Of a stretch of DNA of 61,823 bases, positions 11,560 to 24,300 are shown piece by piece. Source of the DNA: Macrostomum lignano (Eukaryota). The position numbers and the translations under genes were made by a program. The stretch is taken from positions 1 through 61,823 of the forward strand of contig NIVC01004070.1 in NCBI GenBank assembly GCA_002269645.1, read 5' to 3'. Each line of letters opens with the position of its first letter. Within the stretch, counting starts at the first letter, position 1. The notes beneath the pieces are model-generated. The model saw only the letters and a program-made list of their open reading frames with translations. It made no database searches and was not told the DNA's origin.

Positions 11560-12210
11560 TAACTAGGTATTGGAATTCGGGGTCTGAGCTTTTATGTGCA
11601 GCCATGCAGGGCCTTGAGAATTCTAAGTTTGGCATCAGTATGGCTTTGGTCAATGATTTTAAAGTGTTCTTTTGGTTTGCAGTCATTGCAGTTAGTGCAT
11701 TCAAGGAGGTGAGTTTGTATAGCAGATGGTTTGAGCCAGTGTTCCCTGATCCTCGTGTGTAGGTGTCTTTTGGTTTTCCCCACGTAGGAGACACTCTGGT
11801 CCACAGAGCAGTTAAATTGGTAAACAACACCTGCACACAGAGTACAAGGAACACGCAACTTTAATCTGCTAACAAAGTTCCCAATCTTGTTTGTGTGGAA
11901 GACAACCCGGATATTACTATTGAAAGAGGCAAAGAATAACCTATGCATTCTGTTTTTCAAGGCTAGAGATGGAGGTCCAAGGAAGGGGAGACGCAGAATG
12001 GGTTCAAATTCTTCAGTGGTAACAGATTGCTTAGGTTTTTGTTTGGTGATTTTGTCCGAGATGAACTTGTTGATGATTTTTTGAACCAAACAAACGGGGT
12101 AGTCATTTTGATGGAACAGTCTGGTGAGGAACTGCACCTCCCAGTCAAAGTTGATCCAGATGTTACAGGTAGTGAAAGCTCTATGTAGGCACTTCAGTGA
12201 GAAAATTAAA
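11560..12210 (-). mobile_element. Penelope-like element fragment (end of RT/thumb + GIY-YIG endonuclease), 5'-truncated and degenerate
   Basis: LHRAFTTCNIWINFDWEVQFLTRLFHQNDYP...LRLPFLG...GVVYQFNC...YVGKTKRHLHTRIREH is the typical PLE C-terminus. The terminal LHIK..RP.LN motif is frameshifted. Confidence 0.85.
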
Positions 12211-15200
12211 TTTCAGAAATTGTTATAGGCTGCTATTTCACTAGATAGATCTTACTTTCCCATTTCCAAAATGGCCAAACTTTAGTGATTTGGTTGAGTA
12301 ATAAGGAAACTACAGCTATTTTAGTAACCCCGATTTGTGCCTTTAGCCAATGGAATTTTTACATTACGGTTTGTGATCATTTTTGGCCAAAAAGTTGGCT
12401 TTTTGTCTTTGAACACTTGTAATTAATTTTCTAGCCAACCAAAATGACTGTGCTTGGTGTCATTTTGTTCAGTTTTTTAGTGTTAATTGTATGAATTATA
12501 TATTTTAATATTATTTTATATGCCCAAGTTGCTAAGCTAATTGAAACAGGATGGGTGTATGAAATTTTGACTATTTTAACCAGATACGCAATGATTGCAA
12601 TTTTAAAAATACAATAGCATCTGTTCTGCTTGCTTAATTTATACAAGGCTAGTGTCATTTTGTTCAGGTTTTTACTTACTATAATACTATTCTACTTCTT
12701 GCCCTAAATTTTTAATGCATGACAGACACCCCAACTGCAATGTAATGTGCTGTACAGGCTTTGCGCATGGGTTTATTAAAAAACGGTTTTGCCTATCGTG
12801 TTCAGCATAGCAGAATTAGTTAAATGACACAGAGAACTAGTTTGCCGGAAGGCAGAGTCTCACAAAAAACACGAAATACACGTTTCAATGGGTATTTTAC
12901 ATGTAAACGTATCAAAAAAAGAAACCTCCACAAAATTTTTGCGCCTATAGCTATTGGCAAGCGGTTTTTTTTACTGTGCTTGTATTGTCAATAGGTAATG
13001 AAAAATATAAAGAGAAACAATGCAGGAAAAGGATTTCATGGAAAATTTTGGATTTGAAATTTTGCATAGAGCCATATGGGCATTAAAAGAAAAAAAAAAT
13101 TTTTTTTAACACCAGAAAAATGTTTCTAAATTATCCCTTTACACTATAAAACCTTTGTTTCCATTATAAGAAACACATTGCAGCTAAGAAAAAGCATTTT
13201 CTGAACCACTGTTTTTTTATTCATTTTGGCTTCAATTTTATATTCCTCCTAAAAAATGGTCAACTTTAAAAATAGACAGTGCAAAAAGTATAACAAAGCT
13301 AGACTTGCAGTTGGTGTCATTTGAAAGAGCTCCTTTTTACCTTTTAAATGCATATTTTACTTTCATCCTGGCTTCTATAGTTTCTTTAAAATCGCCCTTA
13401 AAAAATTGGACTTTTTTCTTACTTTTTTGCCATTGGCACGCACTTCTTATAACTCACTGAAGTCCCTACTCTATGGAGCAAACACCTCACAAGCCCAGTT
13501 TTCCATTGTCTGGGGCAAGTGGCTTAAAAGTTGAGAATGAGATTGGTAAAGCTTTTCTTATGGAAGACTTTTGTAGAGAGGGTTTCCTTACTGTAATCAA
13601 TGTCATTGTCAGAATTTGGGGGCACAGTTAAGAGACATCCAGTTTTTGGTTTCCCAGTGGGCCAAGCAGACATTTACCAGAGTGGGGGCCAAGGGGCTTG
13701 CCCTAACTAGGCCTATCATTTGAGATAATTTGCCTTTTCATAGTTCTAGTTCTATTACTTTCTAAAAAGCTTTTTGTTTAGAAAATTATTTTTTATTAAA
13801 TATATATTGCACTTATAATTTATATAGTATTATAGTCATTTGCCTTAAAACCAAAAAAATAAAAAAGCTTGGCTCATTGGTTTCATCTCATGAATCAATT
13901 TTATAATTCTTAGGCTGAGGCTCTAGTTGACTATAACAATATTATATAACAGATAGAAAAGATAAATAGATTTATAAAAATGATGAGTAAAGCTATGCCA
14001 TGCATTTTATTCTTTTTAGGTATAGTATAGAAAATATCAATACGACAATAGAGCTAGGCCCTATAAAAATGAAAACCAGTTTCTGTAATGTATTTCTTTT
14101 GAAAAAAAACCTGGCCTCCTAATTGACCTAAATTCAAAATTTTCGAAGAAACATAGTTTCCAATTCTTCTACTTGCGCAGGCCCTAGCTCAGCCTATTGA
14201 CGACCGTCTAGTCGGTAATACAGCAACTAAAATTATGGCGTTTAGACGGGAGCACGGCAAGCTGAGCTGCCGCGCCGCGTTAGACCGTCAGATAATTTGT
14301 GCCAGGGTTCTTTCAGCGTTTAAATCGGTGCTTAATTTCCGGCAGTCCAACTCAATGCAAACAAACGATTAGCCGAAGGGAGCTCCGGCTCAGGCTTAGG
14401 AAGCTCCGGCTTAGGCTCAGGGGGGGGGGGGGGGTAGCTGTGGTTGTGGTTAAGCATTCAAAGATGATTCCATCCTATAGAATGCCTAGAAGACAGGATA
14501 GCCGTTACGGAGAATTTAGTAGAATGTAAGTAGATTTGTCGAATATATTACTTTTAGCAGATCGCTGCCGGAGACTTAAAAAATAGCTAGAATTAGCCTG
14601 AGAACTCTTCTTGGTTCAGATCGCTAAGGATCAGAATATGCAATCCCGAGGTTGCGGAGCCTTAAGGAATCCAGCTTACCAGCAGCGCGCTTGCGAGGTT
14701 TGCGCGTCTGAAGGTGTTGAACGGATGAGGTTTAATTAAAAAACAGAATTAATTCAAACAAAAATAAATGATTGCTTGTAGTCGGGAAGGGAGCTGGTCG
14801 GGTTCGGGTTAGTCGGGCTTACAATTAGGGGCCTGAGGTATTGAAATTTAAAGAAAAGGGCTAGCTGAGTTGTTGGTATTGTGTATTTTTATTTCTGAGC
14901 TGTTGTATTCCAGAAACCCGAATAGGGTATAAATTCAACACGAGTAACCAAGAGGAGGCCGGCTGAATTCAACACAAGTCTTGGCCCAGGACGGGGCGAG
15001 CGCAAAGTCCACCGGGTGGGAAAGGAGTTACCCCCGGGTGAGGAGAGGGTTACACACGCATGCAGTGGAAAGATCGAGGGGTTGCACCCGGCCGGGTGGT
15101 GACGATTAAACAACGGGTGTACCCTACTGAATTAAGTTAAAACGAAAATAATATGAAGGTGGTGCCCATGGTTACATTGGGTAGTAAAAGTGATTTCCAA

Positions 15201-15353
15201 GCAGGGAAAACATGACGTACAGTATTTACATGTACGCAAAGTGGAAAAGATTACACACAGTGGGGGGGGTAAGTTTACGCCAAGTGGGAGGCTTTGCCTA
15301 CCACAATAGAACATTTTTATAGGAAATTAATATGTTTATTAAGTTTTTAGAAA

Positions 15354-15623
15354 GGGCCTTTTCATATTGCTTGTTCTGGTTCCAGAACCAGAACCAATTT
15401 GTAAAGTATAACTTTTTGTCTCCATAACTAGAGGGAGATACGTGCTATAAAGTTTTTATTATTGAATGACAATCGCCAAGAAGAAAGTGAAAAATTGTGC
15501 AAAGTGAGGTTGTTAAGGCAGTCAAACATTCAACAGAATTAAATAGTTATACTGCTGTTTTTCTTGGAAGATCCGAACCGATTCTGATTCTGGAATTGGT
15601 AATACGCTCGTATGAAAAGCCCC
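15354..15623. mobile_element. MITE, PIF/Harbinger (Tourist)-like, 270 bp
   Basis: Termini GGGCCTTTTCATA / TATGAAAAGCCCC (12/13 inverted match) with further imperfect inverted sequence (CCAGAACCAGAACC vs GATTCTGATTCTGG). Flanked by AAA on both sides (3-bp TSD). Confidence 0.6.
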
Positions 15624-16030
15624 AAAGTGAAAATTCCGTAACAAACTCTTAAACTTTTGAATCCATAAAGTTTGGCTGCGTTTTGTTTGAATTTAGTTCA
15701 GAAGTTCAGAAAATATCTGCAAATATAACATAAAATCGTTGTCTATTAACTATCGTCTTCGACTTCGACTATTATTGCATCTTATAGTAAAATACGAGTA
15801 TTCTGAGTGGTCCTAAGAGTGCGTCAACATTGAGCACTATGGCCTATACTAAGGCCAGAATTTCTTGACACCATGCAGCTAGTATGCGAAAGGAAGACAT
15901 AACTTTCAAATGAAAGCTCTTCGGAGGCGAATTTTTACGTCATATAAGCTCATCGGATGCAATTTAAGGGTTATGTATTGTTCTACATAGGCTCTCAAAA
16001 CTTTACTGCCCACTGATTTGGCGCCCCTTT

Positions 16031-16349
16031 TTTAAGCGACATGGCACACAACCAGCGAGAGGCATTACTGCCCATTCCGCCGACTCCCCTGAGCAGGCAT
16101 ACAAGCGCGCGGATACGTACGCAGGCACACACTCACACACACAGGAGTGTACAGCGGCCCTAACTTTATTTTATCGTTAGGCATGTACACTTCACTGCGC
16201 CTTGGGGGGTTGGCTCTCAAGGCCGTTAATTGCACGAGCAGAGCCAAGCCGAAATTCTAATTCAACCCCAAATTAATGACTGCACTTGGAATCGAGCCTG
16301 GGTCGCTGGCACACCAGAGCAGCTGCGCTACCGCTGGGCTACGGCCCCC
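16031..16349 (-). mobile_element. tRNA-derived SINE with a 13-bp target-site duplication
   Basis: Minus-strand head GGGGCCGTAGCCCAGCGGTAG...GGCTCGATTCC has Pol III A and B boxes. It has a short A tail, and TTGGCGCCCCTTT occurs at both 16018-16030 and 16350-16362. Confidence 0.85.
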
Positions 16350-17534
16350 TTGGCGCCCCTTTAACAACAATTATTAAGTTTAACACCCACTGTCCCTAAT
16401 TCTAGCAGTTTCCCAGAAGTCAGATTAAAAAAAATTGCTTATGTCTCGCCTCTTACATTTAAAAAAATTAACTAGTAGGCAACCTTCGAATCAACATAAA
16501 AAAGCCTAATGTAAACATACATGTACATTAGAAGTCCAGAAAGCAAGATATTACAATAATTTTTTTGCTAGGAACTTAGTAAGGCCCAGCGGCTTGCTCA
16601 GCGCATTTAAAAGCTCAGTGCCTCCATTAGGCAAGTCTGAAGTGGGCAAAATGAATCCAGGGAAGCTTTTAACCAAAACTCAGGAGAAGCCAACTGGACA
16701 GAAGCTGTTTCAGCACACGTGTCTGGATGCTGACCAGGAAAAGCTCTGAAGCTACTCTTGTAGGCGCCCGTCTTCTCGTCAAGCAAGGAGGTTTAGGCGT
16801 CTGCAAGATGCCTCTCCAACTGCATGTCGAATCTCTAACCGACCGAGGGTGACTCTCAAGTCCAGAATAAAGTCAACTTATCAGAGTGCTTAGAGCAGTC
16901 TCCATGGTAATGGCGCTGATAAATCCTCGTCCATCAGTAATCCTTTGTGCAGACTGAATTTACGGAAAGAGAAAAAATTCAGTCTTACACTCGTGCCAAC
17001 TTGAGGACTAATGTGTTGCGAAATCGCTTCCCAGAACCTTACGATAGGTGTGCAAGATGATGCCAAATCAATGTTTGTTTCAGAATCGTGGAAGACAGCA
17101 GAATCCACTTCAGGACCCGAAGTCTCATAGGCTACTGAAGTATAGCTTTCATAGCACAGAAGTTTGCCTTCAGGCTTGTGCGATTCTCCCGCACGAGGGC
17201 CAACCTTCATGGGAATGTGCGCGTGTGGTGCTCAGGGCTCAGCGGAATCGGCTTCCTCGCTGATGGGGCCGTCAACTGTCGCCTTGATTTGCGGCAGAGA
17301 TTCCTAACTTGAGCTCGAACTTGCTTGGTTTAAAAGGGGTGCGGTAAACACCTGTGAATGATAAAGGCCAGGTCACTATTCAGGATCGACCCCAAATTAG
17401 AAGATAGAGATTCTGCTTCTCAGAGATTGACAACTCAGCTTAGGTTGCAGAACGCTTTTTGTGCCACTCAAGCGGAGGCATTGCGGAGCTGCGGAAAAAT
17501 CAACACACAGAAGCAAATTTGCGCATCGCTGCTA

Positions 17535-18853
17535 CGAGGGGTGATCAAAAAGTTCTGCAACCTTTTGTTATAGCTTTTAGTTATAGAATCAGCAAAAGCC
17601 AAAAACTTACACATATGCGGCTATATCTGTTTGCTATATTTATATGCATTTTTGGCTTCCAAATGTGCTCCAGTAAAATTTCACAGCCATATATTTTCCA
17701 TGTGTTTTCAGTAGCTGATGGAAACATCAAAAGACAGTGTTCGCTTCTATATCTTTATGTGCATGCAACTTGGTTGCAAAGTGACAGAGATTCACACCAT
17801 GTTTTGTGAATGTTTTAGCTGACTCTGCTCCATCATTTGACACAGTTGCCTGCTGGCTGCGCCATTTCTTGGAAGGCTGGGACAGCTTCAACGATGAACC
17901 AAGGTCTGGCCGACCCCGGACATCCGTGACCGAAGATGTCGTGGCCCATGCCGATGCAATAATTCATGAGGATTGGAGCTTTTTGCTAAGATTCATTGCC
18001 TATGAGCTTGGTGTCAGCTATGGAAGTGCTCATAACATCATGCATGAGCAACTAGGCCGCACAAAGACCTGCGCTCGGTGGGTACCCCATCTTCTCACTC
18101 CGGAGCAGCAAGCAGAGAGGGTGCGCATCTGTCGCTTGTGGCTGCAAATGTTTGAGCCCCACGGCCCACGACAACTGTCAGATGTCATCACAGGAGACAA
18201 ATGTTGTATCTCCTTCTTTACCATGAGGGATAAGCAGTCCAACATGGTCTGGCTGGCAGAAGATGAGCCAAGGCCTGAGGTGCTGAAGACCGGATTCCGC
18301 AGTCGGAAGCGGATGTTCACCATTTTTTTCAACTCTCAGGGTGTTGTATCGGTGAACATCCTTCCAGCGGGTGCCACAGTGACTGCCAGGTACTACACAG
18401 ACACTGTTCTGCCAGGCGTGCTGCAGGAGCGGCAGGAACGTGCGCGAACCAGGCATGGACCTCGACTCCTGCTGCACCATGACAATGCGGCACCGCACAG
18501 AGCGGCATCAACCATGGCGTACCTGGAGCAGCAGGGGGTCCGGCTGCTGCCCCATCCACCCTACTCTCTAGACCTAGCACCTTCCGACTTTTGGCTGTTC
18601 CCGAGGATCAAATCCGTCGTTTCTGGGAGGCCGTTTTCACGCATGCAAGACCTTGCCCAAGCGGTACATTCAGCTCTACAGGGTATACCAACTTTGGAGT
18701 ACCATGACTGCTTTCAGACATGGTGCACACGGATGCGACGGTGCATAGATAGTGGTGGAAAGTACTTTAAGGGAATGTGACACTGATTAGACGCCTCGGC
18801 TGCTGCAGCACAGAGTTGTGAGGTCACTTGCAGAACTTTTTGATCACCCCTCG
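17535..18853 (+). mobile_element. Mariner DNA transposon (DD34D), probably irritans-subfamily-like, defective
   Basis: Perfect 26-bp TIR CGAGGGGTGATCAAAAAGTTCTGCAA, TA on both flanks, 1319 bp long. Confidence 0.95.
17806..18780 (+). pseudogene. Mariner transposase remnant
   Basis: WVPHLL, VITGD, HHDNA-(34)-D within YSLDLAPSDF. The 5' end is broken by a stop and frameshift near 17807; the usual DE-x-W and YSPD motifs read DKC and YSLD. Confidence 0.9.
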
Positions 18854-19074
18854 TACCTGATCAAAAGAATTGGCCCCAACTTAGCCAATGAAAATGGCCC
18901 AGCCATCCTCAGCCATTCATCGGTCTTCAGGGCAACAAAACACCATCAATCCAAGCACCTTCTCACAGCCTGAAAGCTTAAATCTCTGAGCAGGCTGAGT
19001 TCAAGAAAACTTACAAAGGAGCTTAAGTCTAAAACAAAAAAGAACTGTAAAGTAGAAATTCTAGGCATTTTGAA

Positions 19075-20923
19075 ATGCGATCTGCCTTCCTAGCGCTGCT
19101 CTTCGGCTGCACGGCTACTGTGATAGGTGAGACTTCTCTTGCACAATGCACAAGCAGTCCCTGTGAATGCGTCAAGTCGATTTCCAAACCCGTAAAACTT
19201 TAAGAATTGAACATTTTCGAGGTAGACCACCGTTAGCTCGTAAAAACCGCGCTGTGGTGGAGGAGCCACAGGTTGCAAAAAGCCGAATCTCCTTCAACCA
19301 ACAGGCGCCCAGCTCCACCAAAACGGCCGCTTCATTAAAGCAAAGGGATCCGTCCTGATCGGCAACGCCTCCAGCAGCGAACTCGTCAACCTGACCGGCG
19401 TCCAGACCCGGCTGGAGTGTCTGGCAGCATGCCAGCGGAAGGGCTGCCTGCTGGCTTCGCTCATCCCCAGCTCGCGCGCCTGCCAGCTGCTGCTGCTGAA
19501 CGACGCGTCTCAGGCGCCGGGACCGGACGGGACTCACGTGCAGAGACTCGTGGGCTCCGAGCCCGGCGCCAGGCTGTGGACGGCCGAGAACTTCACGGAG
19601 CTGATGAGGAAGAGGATGCTGAATGTCACCATTGAGCTGAGAAGTGAGGAGAAGCCCATGTTTGCTAAGGTAACTGTAGTTCGCTGGCCTAGTGGGTCAG
19701 CACATTTACTGCCAGAGCTGCAAGTTAAGCTGAGTTGGCCGTAGTTAGTACGCAGCTGAATGGGTAGGAAGGAAATGCAGGGTTCCGATCCCCAGAGTGC
19801 CTTCACAGAACAAACTGCACACAGAGATCGAAATTGCAGCGGCTGTTCTGTTGGCTGCCCACCGGCAGTTGGATTGGTGTGTCTTGCTGTGGGTCAGGTG
19901 TATTTCCATTCTGTGTCGTACCTTGAGTGCGAATAGAGTCCTCTCTCACTGCAGACAGCGGCACGGGCACAGCCGGCTCCATCCAGTCCGTGACGATCCC
20001 CTCGACCGGCTGCTACCGGATCGAAGTGTCGGGTGCCAGAGGCGGCACCAACTCCTTTTCAGGCAAGGCTGGCGGCAGCGGCGCCTTCGTGTCCGGCGCC
20101 TTCAACCTGACGGCCGGCACCAAGCTGAGTGTCGTGGTCGGACAGGCCGGCGGTCCGCCCAGCAGCTTGTACGCAGGTGGCGGCGGAGGCGGCGGCAGCT
20201 TCGTGTACCGGACGGCAGACGAGCTGCTGCTGGCTGCAGCCGGAGGTGGAGGTGCCGGGACCTACCATAGGGACGGTGAGTGCAGTAAAATTACATAGGT
20301 CTATAGGGAACACAGCACCAGCTTCAGATTTCTGACAACACACCAACTTCAAACGGACTCCACTTTGAGTACACTCAGCTTGAGCTTATCTCAGAATTGA
20401 CTGCTACGCAGCTGGTAAAAGCCGAATCCAAAATTTCAACAGGCCTGCCCGGAGAGGCCGGCGTCAACGGCTCCGTCGCGAATCAGAGCGGAAACAGCCA
20501 CGGCGGCAGCAACGGACAGCCGGGCTTCCACAACTCCAGCGCCATGACCGGCAACCAGAACCTCGCTGGCTGCGGCGCCGGCTGGCTGGGGAAGCCGGTG
20601 TGCACCAGGCGGGGACCGGACGACGGTGACGGAGGCGGCAGTCGGGCCGAAGGCTGGCTGGGCGGCGACGCCGGCAGCTCCAACACCGGCGACGGCGGGT
20701 TCGGCGGCGGCGGAGGAGGCGGCACTTCGATCCCCAACTGGGGCGCTGCCGGGGCCGGCGGCGGCTTCAGCGGAGGCGCCACCAGCTTCTCGGGAGCCCT
20801 CCAGGAGGTGGCGGCGGCTCCTTCTGCTCTGGCAGCGGCTGCAGCGGCACCACTGGCGGCAACGCCGGCCAGCACGGCCTGGTGGTCATCCGGCTGGTCG
20901 AGCCGCTGGGCGACTCTTGTTAA
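19075..20923 (+). CDS. Secreted PAN/apple-like + ALK/LTK-type glycine-rich domain protein; exons 19075-19126, 19305-19669, 19955-20275, 20443-20923
   Basis: Signal peptide MRSAFLALLFGCTATVIG (phase-1 intron fits). LECLAACQRKGC...RACQL is a PAN-like Cys pattern. IQSVTIPSTGCYRIEVSGARGG...LSVVVGQAG...GGGGSFV is a Gly-rich domain. The exon2-exon3 phase mismatch is unresolved, and a frameshift near 20787-20791 restores GGGGSFCSGSGC...GLVVIRLV. Confidence 0.7.
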
Positions 20924-21372
20924 TAATGATTTCATAGAAACTGAACGTTTGCCTCCCCCTTTATGAGCCGCCAGAGATTCCAGAGATTTGTGAGATCGCG
21001 ATAATTCAGAGCTGCTGTGTTGGACCATGTATGCTTTTCTTCGATTTTGGAAGTCGTATGAGTTTTTTAACTATTGGAATTAAAATTTGGTCACTGCGGG
21101 GCGAATCTTTGGTAAATTATTCCGAATATAAACTGTTTCCAGTTGCATCGCATACAAACGTGTGCAATAATTAGATTTTGTCTTGATGTTTCTGTACTTT
21201 CCACAACTTAGCTCAGGCATAAATAAGCTTTGCTATAACATTGACGTCTGGGGTTTGCCGTGTCCACATTGCTAACAGCATTTCCGGAATCAGTGTTTAA
21301 TCACTGCTCTGCACTGCCTCTCATCATCGATTTCTAATAGCTAAGCAGTTAAGGTAAGTAGTTTTCCATTCA

Positions 21373-24300
21373 GTGTCTATGGCCACGCTTACCGTGACTC
21401 ACCTCTCTCTTTACCGACCTTCACCTCTTGTGTCTATGGCCACGCTTACAGTGACTCACCTCTCTCTTTACTGACCTGCACCGCTTGTGTCTATGGCCAC
21501 GCTTACCGTGACTCACCTCTCTCTTTACTCACCTGCACCACTTGTGTCTATAGCCACGCTTACCGTGACTCACCTCTCTCTTTACTCACCTGCACCTCTT
21601 GTGTCTATGGCCACGCTTACCGTGACTCACCTCTCTCTTTACTCACATGCACCACTTGTGTCTATAGCCACGCTTACCGTGACTCACCTCTCTCTTTACC
21701 GACCTGCACCTCTTGTGTCTATGGCTACGCTTACCGTGACTCACCTCTCTCTTTACCGACCTGCACCTCTTGTGTCTATGGCCACGCTTACCGTGACTCA
21801 CCTCTCTCTTTACCGACCTGCACCTCTTGTGTCTATGGCCACGCTTACCGTGACTCACCTCTCTCTTTACTGACCTGCACCGCTTGTGTCTATGGCCACG
21901 CTTACCGTGACTCACCTCTCTCTTTACCGACCTGCACCTCTTGTGTCTATGGCCATGCTTACCGTGACTCACCTCTCTCTTTACCGACCTGCACCGCTTG
22001 TGTCTATGGCCACGCTTACCGTGACTCACCTCTCTCTTTACCGACCTGCACCTCTTGTGTCTATGGCCACGCTTACCGTGACTCACCTCTCTCTTTACCG
22101 ACCTGCACCTCTTGTGTCTATGGCCACGCTTACCGTGACTCACCTCTCTCTTTACCGACCTGCACCTCTTGTGTCTATGGCCACGCTTACAGTGACTCAC
22201 CTCTCTCTTTACCGACCTGCACCGCTTGTGTCTATGGCCACGCTTACCGTGACTCACCTCTCTCTTTACCGACCTGCACCTCTTGTGTCTATGGCCACGC
22301 TTACCGTGACTCATCTCTCTTTACTGACCTGCACCGCTTGTGTCTATGGCCACGCTTACCGTGACTCATCTCTCTTTACTGACCTGCACCGCTTGTGTCT
22401 ATGGCCACGCTTACCGTGACTCACCTCTCTCTTTACTGACCTGCACCGCTTGTGTCTATGGCCAAGCTTACCGTAACTCACCTCTCTCTTTACTGACCTG
22501 CACCACTTGTGTCTATAGCCACGCTTACCGTGACTCACCTCTCTCTTTACTGACCTGCACCGCTTGTGTCTATGGCCAAGCTTACCGTAACTCACCTCTC
22601 TCTTTACCGACCTGCACCTCTTGTGTCTATGGCCACGCTTACCGTGACTCACCTCTCTCTTTACCGACCTGCACCTCTTGTGTCTATGGCCACGCTTACA
22701 GTGACTCACCTCTCTCTTTACTGACCTGCACCGCTTGTGTCTATGGCCACGCTTACCGTGACTCACCTCTCTCTTTACTCACCTGCACCACTTGTGTCTA
22801 TAGCCACGCTTACCGTGACTCACCTCTCTCTTTACCGACCTGCACCTCTTGTGTCTATGGCCACGCTTACCGTGACTCACCTCTCTCTTTACCGACCTGC
22901 ACCGATTGTGTCTATGGCCACGCTTACCGTGACTCACCTCTCTCTTTACCGACCTGCACCTCTTGTGTCTATGGCCACGCTTACCGTGACTCACCTCTCT
23001 CTTTACCGACCTGCACCGCTTGTGTCTATGGCCACGCTTACCGTGACTCACCTCTCTCTTTACCGACCTGCACCTCTTGTGTCTATGGCCACGCTTACCG
23101 TGACTCACCTCTCTCTTTACCGACCTGCACCTCTTGTGTCTATGGCTACGCTTACCGTGACTCACCTCTCTCTTTACCGACCTGCACCTCTTGTGTCTAT
23201 GGCCACGCTTACCGTGACTCACCTCTCTCTTTACCGACCTGCACCTCTTGTGTCTATGGCCACGCTTACCGTGACTCACCTCTCTCTTTACTGACCTGCA
23301 CCGCTTGTGTCTATGGCCACGCTTACCGTGACTCACCTCTCTCTTTACCGACCTGCACCTCTTGTGTCTATGGCCATGCTTACCGTGACTCACCTCTCTC
23401 TTTACCGACCTGCACCGCTTGTGTCTATGGCCACGCTTACCGTGACTCACCTCTCTCTTTACCGACCTGCACCTCTTGTGTCTATGGCCACGCTTACCGT
23501 GACTCACCTCTCTCTTTACCGACCTGCACCTCTTGTGTCTATGGCCACGCTTACCGTGACTCACCTCTCTCTTTACCGACCTGCACCTCTTGTGTCTATG
23601 GCCACGCTTACAGTGACTCACCTCTCTCTTTACCGACCTGCACCGCTTGTGTCTATGGCCACGCTTACCGTGACTCACCTCTCTCTTTACCGACCTGCAC
23701 CTCTTGTGTCTATGGCCACGCTTACCGTGACTCATCTCTCTTTACTGACCTGCACCGCTTGTGTCTATGGCCACGCTTACCGTGACTCATCTCTCTTTAC
23801 TGACCTGCACCGCTTGTGTCTATGGCCACGCTTACCGTGACTCACCTCTCTCTTTACTGACCTGCACCGCTTGTGTCTATGGCCAAGCTTACCGTAACTC
23901 ACCTCTCTCTTTACTGACCTGCACCACTTGTGTCTATAGCCACGCTTACCGTGACTCACCTCTCTCTTTACTGACCTGCACCGCTTGTGTCTATGGCCAA
24001 GCTTACCGTAACTCACCTCTCTCTTTACCGACCTGCACCTCTTGTGTCTATGGCCACGCTTACCGTGACTCACCTCTCTCTTTACCGACCTGCACCTCTT
24101 GTGTCTATGGCCACGCTTACAGTGACTCACCTCTCTCTTTACTGACCTGCACCGCTTGTGTCTATGGCCACGCTTACCGTGACTCACCTCTCTCTTTACT
24201 CACCTGCACCACTTGTGTCTATAGCCACGCTTACCGTGACTCACCTCTCTCTTTACCGACCTGCACCTCTTGTGTCTATGGCCACGCTTACCGTGACTCA

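Noticed and set aside
14250-15310. Possible solo LTR or other TE
   Set aside because: No clear TG..CA ends, TSD, PBS or coding motif was found.
16277-16349. Functional tRNA gene
   Set aside because: The acceptor stem does not pair and the anticodon arm is irregular. It is followed by an unrelated body, an A tail and a TSD, so it is a SINE head.
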